Shown in pieces: positions 17,607 to 39,249 of a stretch of DNA of 64,000 nt. The DNA is from the human T2T-CHM13v2.0 reference genome, Homo sapiens, in the NCBI RefSeq assembly GCF_009914755.1, contig NC_060931.1, one strand, 5' to 3'. Under the pieces are notes generated by a model. The model worked only from the letters and a program-made list of their open reading frames with translations. It was not told the origin of the DNA and ran no database searches. The stretch's first letter is position 1. The number at the start of each line of letters is the position of its first letter. Both the position numbers and the translations under genes were made by a program.

Positions 17607-18270
17607 AGCTTAGGCATTTTTATGGAACATATATATTATATTAGCGATTATATTTTTAAAATTCCAACCAGGTCACAGAAGTTTTTGTAATGACGAGAGA
17701 AAAACTGTCTTATAATTTTATATGTATACTAATTATGGATTTCTTTCACATTAAGGTGTTTAATATCAATAAGAAAATGTAATAGTTTATTTTTTTCAAA
17801 TATAATACTTTTAAGTTTCACATTAAGTACAGGATGGTGTTGAATGGCAATGAGGATATCATGCATGAAACCCTTGAAAGAGCTTAAATAGAATAATTAA
17901 GTTACATTTAATACCATTTGAAGAAGCAAACAGAGTTTAGCTCTAGGAACTATTCCAGTCTACTGAGCCAGCTTTACACTTTAATGGAATTCATTTTACA
18001 ATATTTGTACATTCAGAGAAGTCTTTTATTTCAGTGAGCTTCTCAACATTTACTCTGGTAACCTGCCTGACCTGCTGCAAGTGAGTTGCAGGTATTTAAA
18101 CAAGTGGGCCCTTCAAACTTTAGTTACGCCACAGTTCCTGAACATCAAATGGCCTGTCCCTTTACCTTAGCATACAATAAAATATAATTCAAGGTGTATT
18201 ATAACTTTGTATGTTGTTATGTCTCATCTCCCTAATTTGCTGTATGCCTCAAGAGCAAGAACTGAGTCTT

Positions 18271-18569
18271 TTTATTTTTATTTTTTTTGAGACAGAGTCT
18301 CGCTCTGTCTCCCAGGCTGGAGTGCAGTGACGCGATCTCGACTCACTGCAAACTCCACTTCCTGGGTTCAAGCAATTCTCTGCCCCAGCCTCCCAAGTAG
18401 CTGGGATTACAGGTGCTCGCCAGCAGGCCTGGCTAATTTTTTCTGTATTTTTAGTAGAGATGGGGTTGCACCATCTTGGCCAGGCTGGTCTTGAACTCCT
18501 GACCTTGTGATCTGCCCACCTTGGCTTCCCAAAGTGCTGGGATTACAGGCGTGAGCCACCGCGCCCGGC
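18271..18569 (-). mobile_element. AluSg-type SINE
   Basis: TSD gaactgagtctt; caccatcttggcc variant. Confidence 0.93.
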
Positions 18570-18972
18570 GAACTGAGTCTTAAGAGCCTATATGGTTGCA
18601 TAGAACTGGTACTGAGGGCTTTTGACTGATAACATAAACCATGTTGTCTTCTTCTGGCATTTATGTACTAATAAATGTTATCTATGCTATTTTGTCAAAA
18701 AAGAAAGTTTTTCAAGTCTCTCCTGTTCTCTTGATGATTTCGGCACTATGTTGCCTCTTGATTAAATTGTATAAAAGAATTATGTGAGGCATTTATATGT
18801 TCAACTTATACCCATTAAATATCATAGTACATGTCTTCTTTTTCATATTCTCTCTTTTATATTGGTTAGGGATTGAATTTTATTTTCCGAGGTGAGATCA
18901 GGACTAATTAGCCCTGCCATAGTGCTTATAGAACTCACAGAGCTTGGAAGGACCTTAGAAATCAGGCATCTC

Positions 18973-19275
18973 GGCTGGGCGCGGTGGCTCACACCTGTAA
19001 TCCCAGCACTTTGGGAGGCCAAGGTGGGCAGATCATGAGGTCAAGAGATCAAGACCATCCTGGCTAACACTGTGAAACCTCGTCTCTACTAAAAATACAA
19101 AAAATTAGCTGGGCGTGGTGGCGGGCGCCTGTAGTCCCAGCTGCTCGGGAGGCAGGGGCAGAGAATTGCTTGAACCGGGAGGCAGAGGTTGCTGTGAACA
19201 GAGATTGTGCCACTGCACTCCAGCCTGTGGAGACAGAGCGAGACTCTGTCAAAAAAAAAAAAAAAAAAAAAAAAA
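18973..19275 (+). mobile_element. Mosaic Alu (Y-like left arm, S-like segment in right arm)
   Basis: TSD tagaaatcag(g/a)catc(t/c)c. Confidence 0.93.
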
Positions 19276-19910
19276 TAGAAATCAGACATCCCGGCACTCG
19301 CTATTTACAACTGAGGAATACGAAGCCAGGAAGGTCTGAGTTTTCAGTTCAAGAAACATTTGTTGAACAAATGTCATATGCTTATCCCCAGGCTAAGTCC
19401 TGGGGATGAAGAGGCAAATTAGAAATAATCATGTAAGGATTAAATGTGAACTCTGGCATGCCATACTCATTCATACAACAATATGTGGACATTTAACATT
19501 TAATATTGTGGCTCCCAATTTTCCTAGATTGGAAACAAAAAGTAAAAAACCTAAGAATTGATTGAAAGATGAGGATTCCTTAAGGATTTCACTCTTAGTC
19601 TAATATGACACACTAATATTTTGACTATTCTCTGATTACACAGCAAGTAATGAAAACAGAAATTTAACTGAGGTGGCTTGACTCCTGTTTAGAGGTTTAT
19701 TTTTTATTTAAATCTCCAATTACAACTCTTAGAGTTATATTATGGTTTGCAGACTTTTACTGATAGGTATGACTATTACTATGCTAGGAAGTAGAGAGAA
19801 CAAAAACAATGGAACAATGGAAGAAAAGGAAGAAGAGCTTTTCTTAGCTCTATAGTATACCTACTATATTTAAGAAAACATACTAGATTAAGAAAATGTA
19901 TACTTCCTAG

Positions 19911-21769
19911 TGAGAGGTGACAGTGTGCTGGCAGTCCTCAGAGCCCTCGCTTGCTCTCGGCACCTCCTCTGCCTGGGCTCCCACTTTGGCGGCATTTGAG
20001 GAGCCCTTCAGCCCCCCACTGCACTGTGGGAGCCCCTTTCTGGGCTGGCCAAGGCCTGAGCCCACTCCCTCAGCTTGCAGGGAGGTGTGGAGGGAGAGGC
20101 GCGAGCGGGAACCGGGGCTGCGTGCGGCGCTTGTGGGCCAGCTGGAGTTCCGGGTGGGTGTGGGCTTGGTGGGCCCGCACTCGGAGCAGCCAGCCAGCCC
20201 TGCTGGCCCTGGGCAATGAGGGACTTAGCACCCGGGCCAGTGGCTGCGGAGAGTGTACTGGGTCCCCCAGCAGTGCCAGCCCACCGGTGCTATGCTCGAT
20301 TGCTCACCGGGCCTTAGCTGCCTTCCCGTGGGGCAGGGCTCGGGACCTGCAGCCCGCCATGCCTGAGCCTCCCACCCCCTCCATGGGCTCCTGTGCGGCC
20401 TGAGCCTCCCCAACGAGCACCACCCCCTGCTCCATGGCTCCCAGTCCCATCGACCACCCAAGGGCTGAGGAGTGCGAGCACACGGTGCGGGACTGGCAGG
20501 CAGCTCCACCTGCAGCCCCAGTGCAGGATCCACTAGGTGAAGCCAGCTGGGCTCCTGAGTCTGGTGGGGACGTGGAGAGTCTTTATGTCTAGCTCAGGGA
20601 TTGTAAATACACCAATCAGCACCCTGTGTTTAGCTCAAGGTTTGTGAGTGCACCAGTCGACACTCTGTATGTAGCTGCTCTGGTGGGGCCTTGGAGAACC
20701 TTTATGTCTAGCTCAGGGATTGTAAATACACCAATCAGCACCCTGTGTTTAGCTCAAGGTTTGTGAGTGCACCAATCGACACTCTGTATCTAGCTACTCT
20801 GGTGGGGCCTTGGAGAACCTTTATGTCTAGCTCAGGGATTGTAAACACACCAATCGGCACTCTGTATCTAGCTCAAGGTTTGTAAACACTCCAATCAGCA
20901 CTGTGTGTCTAGCTCAGGGTTTGTGAGTGCACCAATAGACACTCTGGCTACTCTGGTGGGGCCTTGGAGAACCTTTATGTCTAGCTCAGGGATTGTAAAT
21001 ATACCAATCAGCACTCTGTATCTAGCTCAAGGTTTGTAAACACACCAATCAGCACTCTGTATCTAGCTCAAGGTTTGTAAACACACCAATCAGCACCCTG
21101 TGTCTAGCTCAGGGTTTGTGAGTGCACCAATCGACACTCTGTATCTAGCTACTCTGGTGGGGCCTTGGAGAACCTTTGTGTCGATACTCTGTATCTAACT
21201 AATCTGATGGGGACATGGAGAACCTTTGTGTCTAGCTCAGGGAATGTAAACGCACCAATCAGCGCCCTGTCAAAACAGACCACTTGGCTCTACCAATCAG
21301 GACGTGGGTGGGGCCAGATAAGAGAATAAAAGCAGGCTGCCCGAGCCAGCAGTGGCAACCCGCTCGGGTCCCCTTCCACACTGTGGAAGCTTTGTTCTTT
21401 CGCTCTTTGCAATAAATCTTGCCAGTGCTCACTCTTTGTGTCCACGCTGCTTTTATGAGCTGTAACACTCACTACAAAGATCTGCAGCTTCACTCCTGAG
21501 CCCCGCGAGACCACGAGCCCACCAGGAGGAACGAACAACTCCAGACACTCTGCCTTAAGAGCTGTAACACTCACCGCGAAGGTCTGCAGCTTCACTCCTG
21601 AGCCAGTGAGACCACAAACCCACCAGAAGGAAGAAACTCCGAACACATCTGAACATCAGAAGCAACAAACTCCAGACGCGCCACCTTAAGAGCTGTAACA
21701 CTCACCGCGAGGGTCCGCGGCTTCATTCTTGAAGTCAGTGAGACCAAGAACCCACCAATTCCGGACACA
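19911..21769 (+). mobile_element. LTR12C (ERV9) solo LTR, long enhancer-repeat variant
   Basis: TGAGAGGTGACAG...CCGGACACA ends; GC-rich U3; about 12 CCAAT boxes; TSD CTAG at 19907-19910 and 21770-21773. Confidence 0.97.
21250..21360 (+). promoter_or_regulatory. LTR12C core promoter (CCAAT, GT box, GATA, AATAAA TATA-like box)
   Basis: ccaatcag...gtgggtggggccagataagagaataaaagcaggc follows the ERV9 promoter layout; activity not shown. Confidence 0.7.
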
Positions 21770-22366
21770 CTAGGAATTCTAGAGGAGAGAAAGACAATAT
21801 TATGCCAGACACTCCTATGGTCCTCTGGCACTGGGGAATGTAGAAAAATTTCCAGAGGGTAGGCAAGGAAAGATGGGGCCATCCATGGGACTGTTTGCCT
21901 GTTTTCCTTGACCGTATTGTCCCTAATATGGTTTGATTTGGTTGTATGCATCTAATGGCAGAACTATTTTTAATTCATATTGATAATATATATTCAATTG
22001 TTAAGTAAATTCTATGGATACTATATCAGAGATGATTGTAGGATCTTTTTTTTTTTCTATCCCCACTTTTCTTCCTGGATGTCACCCCCAGCTCGCTAGT
22101 GGCCCACTGAAAAAGTTGCTTGTTTAACTGTCTTTCACATCTGTCTACTCCCTCCATATTCCTTTTTGTCATTCAAGCACCATTAGTTATCTTCATTTAA
22201 ACCATATCGAAAACACATCCCTCTACCACTGAAAAACATCCGTAGGCTTTTTGTAGTACATAGGTAAAAATCCAAATTTCCTCAGTAAGTATAAAATACA
22301 CCATTTTCTTGATTAAATCTCAAAAGCTTCAAGCTCCTGGCCCCCTGTTAAGAAGCTAGAAATTCG

Positions 22367-22664
<298 letters not shown>

Positions 22665-22675
22665 CTAGTAATTCG

Positions 22676-22953
22676 GGCTGGGCATGGTGACTCATGCCTG
22701 TAATCACATCACTTTGGGAGGCCAAGGCTGGCAGATCACAAGGTCAGGAGATGGGGACCATCCTGGCCAACATGGTGAAACCCCATCTCTACTAAAAATA
22801 CAAAAATTAGCTTGGCATGGAAGCACGTGCCTGTAATCCCAGCTACTCGGGAGGCTGAGGCAGGATAATCACTTGAACCAGGGAGTCAGAGGTTGCAGTG
22901 ACCCAAGATCGCACCACTGCACTCCAGCATGGTGACAGAGTGAGACTCTGTCT

Positions 22954-22980
<27 letters not shown>
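22676..22980 (+). mobile_element. AluSc-like SINE
   Basis: TSD gctag(t/a)aattc. Confidence 0.93.
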
Positions 22981-22985
<5 letters not shown>

Positions 22986-23013
22986 AAATTCTACTGATAT
23001 ACTTTAAATAACT

Positions 23014-23254
23014 ATGTTTTAGTCAGCTCAGGCTTCCATAACAAAATATCACTGACTGGGTAGCATAAGCAACAGATACTTATTTTTTCATAGAACTACT
23101 GGTAGCTGGAATTCCAAGATCAGGATGATTGCATGGTCTGGTTGTGGTGAGGGCCTCACATGGCTGAGAGAATAAGAACAAGCTTTCTGATGTCTCCTTT
23201 TACAAATCCCATCATTAGGGCCCCACATTTACAACCTCATCTACCTTCCAGAGG
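23014..23254 (-). mobile_element. MLT1A-like MaLR LTR fragment
   Basis: tgttttagtcagctcaggcttccataacaaaat...gtggtgagggcc. Confidence 0.65.
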
Positions 23255-25427
<2,173 letters not shown>

Positions 25428-25434
25428 CATTGGG

Positions 25435-25490
25435 ATTATATATTATATATTATATTAAATATATATTATATTATATACATTATATATATA
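25435..25490. repeat. AT-rich (TATAT)n low-complexity repeat
   Basis: Read directly from sequence. Confidence 0.85.
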
Positions 25491-25580
25491 AAGCTCAGAA
25501 GGCTTTTTGCTATTTATATGGGATAATTATAAATTATTTCATAAGAATCAAGGAATTAAGGATCAATACTTAAAAGACTA

Positions 25581-26021
<441 letters not shown>

Positions 26022-26748
26022 TTAGGAATTTTATGGTGTTTAACAAAAATACATTGGTGAACCATCTAGAATAAAAAGAGATTCTAATAACAGAGTTTGG
26101 GCTAAGACAAAAAAGAACTTTACTCCACTTAGAAATGGAGTAAGAATAGACTGATGGTATCATAAAGGACAAGAGAGAGAATCGGAGAAAGAACATTAAT
26201 CACAAAAGGAATGTGTTGCAGTTGGAGAGACTTCTTTCTCATCAGTTCCAGATTCTAAGCCAATTGAGAAATAGATACAGGAGTGAGGTAATAATCTACA
26301 TATTAACTTAAACAGTGGTAAAACTGGATTGGAGAATGTAACTTGAATGTGGAGTTAAATGGGACCTGCTGCTTCTTCCTTCCGGTAGTGGACTGAGCAC
26401 AAAGAAACCTGAGGACAAAGTGTTGGGATGGATATATGCAGAAGTAGTCTTGGCTTTCCCAAGCTTTTATTGTTGTTAATAGAGAATGAGAGTCATCAAA
26501 AAGTCTCAGATACCTACCTGGCTGCTATGTATATGGTGATTAATAGGGAAACTGAGAGCAACAGAGAAGTATGTGCAATGGGCAACTGTCTGAGAAGGGA
26601 ACGTGACTTTTGCCAAATATTCAAGTAGTCTTGGGGATGACCGTGGTAACTGGCTTCTACTTACTAATGGAGACCCTGAAGCAAAAATGGTTATCTCAGG
26701 CCAGAAGTCATGTACATCAGGCTGTGTACATCATCAAGCCTCTGGGAG

Positions 26749-27188
26749 TGAAACCAACCCAATAGTCCCATAGATAGTTTTGATAAACATAGAAATTGAT
26801 CCTTTGAGTCTTAAAGCTTGGCACTTTTATTTGTTTTATCTGAGTTCCTTCCTCAGGAAAGGATCCCTCTGGCCCCTCAAAAAGTATCAAAGAACTAAAA
26901 TTCACCAGATCACATCCAGACAAGGAGATACCAGACCCCTCATTCATCATGATTGCTTCCTTGCCCCTCCCTAGTTCCTGTTTTTATACACATTGTTTCA
27001 TTTCTTCCCTGCTATATAAACTGCTAGTTTTACTCAGTCAGGGAGATGAATTTGAGGCTGAGCCCCCATCTCCTGGGCTGCAGCACCTGAGTAAAGCCTT
27101 CTTCCTTGCCAATACTTGCTTTCTCAGACATCAGCTTTTTGTGTAGCAAGTAGCAAGACCTAGACAGACCCCTAGTTTTTCAGTAACA
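26749..27188 (+). mobile_element. ERV1 solo LTR (MER83-like)
   Basis: TGAAACCAACCCAATAGTCCCATAG...GTAACA; TATA box at about 27014; 4-bp TSD GGAG. Confidence 0.8.
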
Positions 27189-27203
27189 GGAGAGAATATG
27201 AGG

Positions 27204-27488
27204 TTTTTTTTTTTTTTTTTTTGAGATGGAGTCTCACTCTGTTGCCCAGGCTGGAGTGCAGTGATGCCATCTCGACTCACTGCAAGCTCCGCCTCCTGGG
27301 TTCATGCTATTCTCCTGCCTCAGCCTCCTGAGTAGCTGGGATTACAGGTGCACGCCACCATGCCTGGCTAATTTTTTGTATTTTTAGTGGGGGTTTCACC
27401 GTGTTAGCCAGGATGGTCTCAATCTCCTGACCTTGTGATCCGCCCGCCTCAGCCTCCCGAAGTGCTGGGATTACAGGCGGGAGCCACC
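27204..27488 (-). mobile_element. AluY-like SINE, slightly 5'-truncated
   Basis: TSD agagaatatga. Confidence 0.93.
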
Positions 27489-27868
27489 AGAGAATATGAT
27501 TTTTAAAAATACCAAGGCTGCATTTTTCATCATTAAGAAGTGTCCAACTAAAGCACATACATAACTGCCACAGAGGTAGAGAAAATGTGAAGTCAATTGT
27601 AGTGCACACTCTGGCTGAAGCTAATGTTGGTAGCATGTGTCCAATTTTAAGGCAAAAGGAAAGGAGATGTTTCAATATAGCTCCCTCAGTACCATGTTTA
27701 TAGCTGTCTCTAGCAACCAATATTAGAAGTCTGGACTGTATTACCAGTATAGAAAACTAAAAAGATAATGCATAATCAAGTCACCAAATAGTTTGGAGCT
27801 TTTAGAGCACTAGACAAAATCTTGGCCAGGCAGTCACTCTAGTCACTCTTTTAGGAGGTACAGCATCA

Positions 27869-28196
<328 letters not shown>

Positions 28197-30489
28197 GAGC
28201 ATGACATGATACTTGGAAGGGGGGTGATGTGATGAGGTCATCCAGTTATGTAAGGCAAACTAGCGAAGTTTGGTAATAATATTAGTATGACCTCAATTTG
28301 TACCTACAGTCTTGTTTGGCTGGGTTATCAGGTTACATTTCATTTTCTTTCTTTTTATCCTTCTGATACACTTCCCTTTTATTCGGTGGCTATAGATTTG
28401 TGATATTTTAAGATCATGCTCTGTGCAACTCTTGGTAGAGAAAATGGCAATGGTGTCAGAGTGCCCAAGACTGATAGAACCCCTGGGAAAGAAGCGGCAG
28501 TCTTAGCAGCAGTGCTGTCTATGTTGCGACAGCAGGAGCAGCAGTGGTTCATTCATTCCTCAATGTTGTGTCACTGCAGCATATGCAGATCAAAGTAAGT
28601 GTTCTTAACAATCACTTCCCTGAGGGATGCGAATGACTCTGTTTCTTTCACATAGGGAATTATATATTTATAGAAATAATGAGATAGGACCTACTCAGTT
28701 TTTGGTGGGGTGTGTTTATATGCTAGGTTCTAATGCCAATCTACAGGTCTTCCAAACTCAGGTGATTACCACCAGCTAGAGTGAAGAAGAAAGTTGTTCT
28801 GATTTATCTTTCCATTGTTCAATAGACAACCCTCAAAAAGCCGAAGGAAGGAAGGAAATCCCTTGTTCTCTATATGCTGATACCAACTGTCATACTATCT
28901 AGTCAGACCATTCTCCCATAAATGTTATCAAAAAATTAAACCCATTTAAAAAGGTTGACCAAACTTATTTAAATTGGAGAAGACATTATTTTATTTAAAA
29001 AAGAAATGCCTTTCTAACCCCAAGTAAAATATAATCATCAAAAGTTTCCAAGAAAAATGTTCCAATGACAAAGCATTCCATAACTTTTGGAAGACTCTCA
29101 GGTGAGCATGTAACTGCTCTGTGCAGTCGCCGTTATTGATTATGTTATATTTGCTTTACTTAGAAACAGAATTCATCTCTCCTATTAAAATAAACATATA
29201 AAAGAAAATGTAAAAGGGAAAACATAGCCCTACATAGAAATAAATATTGCATATAGTTCAAGAGTACAGACATATTGCAGATGATTTATAATACCAAGGA
29301 CTAGAAAACAAAATTAACCTACCTCTTCTTGAACTGACTCAAAGTCACGAAAAAAGTGTTTTCACAGTTGTCAGGATCTTCTTGACAAGAAGCCCAGCTG
29401 AATAAAGCAAAAGAAAAAAATGGCTTGTAATATGAGTTAACATCAAAAGTTTTATGGAATTCCAAACTTGCGTAGATATCTTGACCAAAGAAACTGTAGA
29501 AAATAAAATGAAATAGAATGTTACACTGTTCCTTTTTGGGGACTTGAATAAAGTATCTTTTTAAGCTTACATTAAATTTTAACCATGAAATTCACAATTA
29601 ATGAGAGGTCAGCTTGCCCTGAGGGACTAATCTAAAACAAGAAGTTTAAACATGTGTTGAAAATTCTCTCTCTGATCAAAGAAGCTGTTTTAACAGGAAA
29701 GTTTTATTTGTAAGTAAAGCTATGACATTTAAAAATGGTATTCATACATAACAGAGGAGAGTGAAGTATAAGCATGGGATCATCAGGACAAGAATAAAAC
29801 AGAAAGCAAGAGATATTAAAGCAGAACTTTGTAATATCTTAACTAAGCATTTAAATATTCTAGTTGAATTGGCAAAGCTCTTTCTATAGTGAGTAGAAGC
29901 TTCCCCAAACTTTTATGGCTCAATTTTAGTCTTGGTAATTTGACTTCCATACAATTGGCAAGATTACTCACAGAGTAAGAAAGAATATTTCTTAACTATA
30001 GCAGATAAAGATAGAATTTAAAATATATATGTATACATACTAAAGCAAGATTCTGATGTTCAACTTCCCTTTAATGTGACCCAAGGACAGAATGCTCTGA
30101 TAATTTGGATTTCAGTTACTCTGGTTTTGTAGTTGTTTCTCATAAATAAATTTACTCTCATATTTGTATGAGTTTTCTGATGACCTCTACTTTTGGGCAC
30201 TGAAAGCTGGTCTTTGAAGGAACACAGCCAGACCATAGAGTTTTAGGCCCAGCCAAACTTCAGCAGGCTTTTCTGTGGACACCAGCACTGGCCTTCATCT
30301 GCTTGTTTGCTACGTATTTCTTAACTTATACGTATTATTTATGGTTACTATAGGTTGTGCAACCTTAAATTGTCATAACAACATTGCCATATTGAAGTAC
30401 TAAATTGAAGTTTCCAATTTTTTTTCCAAGGGTAATATTTGTTGAAAGGACACTTTCAAATAGAACCTTTATGTGTTGTTTTCTTCCTC

Positions 30490-31700
30490 TATTCCTCTAT
30501 TCAGCAAATATATGTTGAATGCCTGTTGTGTCATAGAAATACGGCTCAACAATGGCAATACAACAGTGACCAAGTTAGAAAGAGAACAATGTCTCAGTTC
30601 ATGACCTCGTAGTTGACACAGATTATTAAAAACACAATCTGTGGGATGCTGTGTAATTACTGAGTTTGGTAGGTCAGTGAAATTTTAGTAGAGGAAGTGA
30701 TGCATCAAAGCCAAGAACAAAAGGATGAGTAGAAGTTAGCTAGGAAGGAACACAAGTGGAGTGACCATTTATTAAATGTAACATATTCTCTAATATACCA
30801 CGTGTCAAACTTAGCCTCTGAGGACACAGTAGTGGACCAAACATACCAGATCTCTATTCTCCTGGATTATTTGGATTCTCCTTAGGGAGTCAAACAAAAA
30901 TCAACTAAAAACCCTGTAAGTAATTTTAAATGGCAACCATGCCATGAAGAACTATAACTGGGTTGCAGTACACTTTTTTTTTTTTGCCTCCCCAGCATCT
31001 ATTTGCTCTGATTTTTTTTGGCTGGGGGTCAGGGGTATTTACTCTTTACATATGTAGCTTATAAACTTCTGTGGAAGCTGATGGATGTTTCCTCTCTTAC
31101 CCTGTATGAACGTATTTGTTCTAAAAGCAATTCCATCTCTTTGCAAACAATCAGCTGAGTGATTCAGTTCAAAGCAATGAAGTCAGGAATGGTAATGTAA
31201 CACAATTCTAGCCAATGAAATACGAGGGGACACTATTCAAACCTCTAGGGGAAAAGTTGTCTCACTCTTAAGAGAAAGCCACTGGGAAGAAAATGGCTTC
31301 TTTGCTCTTGTGTTTGTGATGCCTAGAGCTGCCCTATCCCTGAGTGGCTCAGAAGATCTCAGAGAAATAAGGCTATGATTGAACCATGTCAATTCCCCCC
31401 TGCCTCTGGATATTTGCTGTGTAAGCCAGTGATCACAATTGTATAAATCAATGCCACTCTGGATTTCTGTTACTCATTGAAATCATTGTGAATGAAACCA
31501 GAGAAAATGTTTAATGTGTTAGAAAAAAGAGTCAGTGAAAGAACACAAGACAGGGTAGGTTCTACTTTAGACTACCTGGTCAAGAACCTTCATTCTGAAG
31601 AGGTGATATTTAAGCTGAGACAATAAGCCATCCATGATAAGCCCTGGGAACAGACTCTTCCAGGAAGCAAAAAGAACAATTCAACACTCAAAAGATTCAG
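30490..31700 (-). mobile_element. Degenerate L2 fragments, with an old MaLR/ERVL-like LTR piece at about 30960-31480
   Basis: tattcagcaaatatatgttgaatgcct and ctgaagaggtgatatttaagctgaga are L2 motifs; ttctagccaatgaaat is LTR-like. Confidence 0.45.
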
Positions 31701-31780
31701 TTGAAAAAACTGAAGGTGTACAACTAGATTTGAGCCATGTCCTGATGATAAAAAGCTTGTGAGTCTTGTGGAGAGGTTTA

Positions 31781-36310
<4,530 letters not shown>

Positions 36311-37205
36311 ACAATGAGAACACATGGATACAAGAAGGGGAACATCACACTCTGGGGACTGTTGTGGGGTGGGGGAAGGGGAGAGGGATAGCTTTAGGAG
36401 ATATACCTAATGCTAAATGATGAGTTAATGGGTGCAGCACACCAGCAGGGCACATGTATACATATGTAACTAACCTGCACATTGTTCACATGTACCCTAA
36501 AACTTAAAGTATAATTAAAAAAAAAAAGATTCATTTTAAGAGCCATTAAAACATTTGAAGTTTGTGGATGACAACGTATTTTCTTTTTTGTTCTGTGTAA
36601 TACTAAATCTGATGTTTTCAATTACTGTTAAAATGTGTTATTTAGTTTACAGAGACCATATTTCATTTTATAGTGGTAAGAAAATTAAAATGGAATTAAC
36701 ATCATTCTTTCTTATGGCATGCAAATTTGTTCAAAAGTATTTGATGACGGGAATTTCTTACAGAACACAATGACATTAAATGAGCAAAACGAGTTAATAA
36801 GTAAAAATTCAAAAGAGTACAATTTTAATGAAAATAAAATCTAGACAATTTGTCTTATTTTTAAGTAATACAGTAATCAAAATAAAATTGTAGGCTATTG
36901 CTGTCAAAGGGTGTTTTTGCTCTAAATCCATTTATTTTCCAAGACTCTGTTGTACTAAGAATAGGGTAATTGAGATAAGTAAGAAGGCATGGCTGAAAGA
37001 ATTAGAAATAAACTTACTGGAAAAATTTAAAATAGCTTTCCTAAATTCTCACATTTCTACTCTTAAGAAACTATATGTCATAAATATGTTTCTTTCATTA
37101 TGCATATATTCACTAAAATATTCACCATGGAAACGTATTAATTTCTACACACATTTACCAAGTTCCTCTATGTGCAATGCAATATGCTAGGGACTTCGAA
37201 GTGTG

Positions 37206-37232
37206 CACACACACACATACACACACACACAC
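37206..37232. repeat. Imperfect (CA)n repeat
   Basis: Read directly from sequence. Confidence 0.9.
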
Positions 37233-37885
37233 AACAGACTTAAAAATAATATAAAGTAGAATGAGACATCATTTTGAAAGAGGAATAAAAAAGGATTTCC
37301 GAGATCACTTTTGATAGTGAATAAGAAAAGGCATCACGAAGAGGCATTTGAAAAGTCTTCAAACATAAGCCAGGTACTTACAGGTCAGGCAGAAGTGTTC
37401 TAAGTAATTTTAACTTAAATATTGGATTTTGGGGCATAGTGTCATGACTATAGGATCATTTATGTCTAATTTACCGCCTACTAATCTTAGGGAACAAGTC
37501 ATATTTGGCCTTACCATAGGGAGCTATAATTGTCCATGTAGCCACTGATGCCCTATATACATGAAGGTTAAATATCAGAAATATATTTCCTGATGCCAAG
37601 AAATTCATAATATGATGAAAATCCGTAGAGGAAAAACAGGGTCTTGATGATTTTAATGCACTCATCTTCTTAGGGTAACTCTTACAGGAATAAAGATTAT
37701 AGAGACCGTGAGTAGCCAGAGAAGCAGTGAGGTGTACAGTAAAAGAATTACAGTTGTAATTCTGCCACAATGCCTGTACGATCTTGTCTCTTTGCCACCA
37801 TTAATTTTAATGTTATCATTTGTAAAATAGAAGTTATATAATACATACAAAGTTTAAGATACAAATGAGAAAATGTGTGAAAGTA

Positions 37886-38015
37886 TTTTTTCTTTTAGTA
37901 GATATGGTCTTGCTATGTTGCCCAGGCTGGCCTTTAACTCTTAGGTTCAATCCATCCTTTCACCTCAGCCTCCTGAGTAAGCTGGAACTACAGGTGCATG
38001 ACACTAGGCCTGGTT
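37886..38015 (-). mobile_element. FLAM monomer
   Basis: ggtcttgctatgttgcccaggctgg; single arm. Confidence 0.8.
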
Positions 38016-38039
38016 TGATGGTACTTTTTAAGCTCTAGA

Positions 38040-38245
38040 ATTGTCCTGTTCAATATGGTAGTCACTGGCCATGTGTGGTTATTTACATTAATTAAAATTA
38101 AATAAGATGTAAAACTAAGTTCCTTAGTCATAGTAGCTATATGTCAAGTCATTAGTAGCCATATGTGGCTAGTGGCTACCATATTGGACTGCATGAACAT
38201 AGAATATTTATGTCATCACAGAGAGTTATATTGGACAGCACTGCT
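38040..38245 (-). mobile_element. MER3 DNA transposon
   Basis: atatgtggctagtggctaccatattggac...tattggacagcactg. Confidence 0.8.
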
Positions 38246-38347
38246 CTAGGTTACAGTACAAATATTCATTGCTCTTTCTACCTATTTTCATGATCACAGA
38301 ATAAGATGTTATGGTCAATAAATGAACATTTTTAGGTAGAAAATATC

Positions 38348-38655
38348 CTCATGCCTGTAATCCCAGCATTCTGGGAAGCTGAGGTGGGAAGATTGCTTTA
38401 ACCTAGGAGTTTGAGACCAGCCTGGGCAACATAGCGAGACCCTGCCTCTATAAAAAAATAAAAGTTAGCTGAGCATAATGGCATGCACCTGTAGTGCCAA
38501 CTACTTGGGAAGCTGAGGCCAGAGCATCACTTGAGCCCAAAAGTTTGAGACTGCATTGAGCCATGATTGTGCCACTGTACTGGGGCCTGGGTGACAGAGT
38601 TAGATCTCATCTCTAAAAATAAATGAATAAAGAAATAAATATTAAAAAATAAAAA
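38348..38655 (+). mobile_element. AluJ, 5'-truncated
   Basis: gggcaacatagcgagaccc and ttgagccc. Confidence 0.9.
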
Positions 38656-38920
38656 AACAGAAAACATCTAGATGCCGGATAAGTGTTGCAAAATCTATCT
38701 TTATAAGAAAATATTCTGCCAATAAATTGCTAACCATACATTCCAATGTATTAATTTTCTCAGGTATTTCAATTGTTTTGGGGGGGATTCCATGAAGAAA
38801 TAATCACATTTTCAGACTCAGAAAACTACAATGGGTACTACAAACCATTCTGTAGTCACAAGGTAAAGCTAGAAATCATATCAAGTTTTAGAACATGCTT
38901 CAAACACTGACGCATATTAA

Positions 38921-39249
<329 letters not shown>

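Noticed and set aside
19911-20560. CpG/GC-rich patches as host-gene CpG-island promoters
   Set aside because: They lie entirely within LTR12 boundaries, as do the patches at 34800-35430 and 49383-50000.
20570-21300. Regular ~40-bp repeats as a CRISPR-like array
   Set aside because: There are no unique spacers; these are the known ERV9 U3 enhancer repeats in a primate genome.
31690-31699. aaaagattca as the 5' TSD of the L1
   Set aside because: It lies about 80 bp upstream of the L1 junction within L2-like sequence, and the match does not extend, so it is probably chance.
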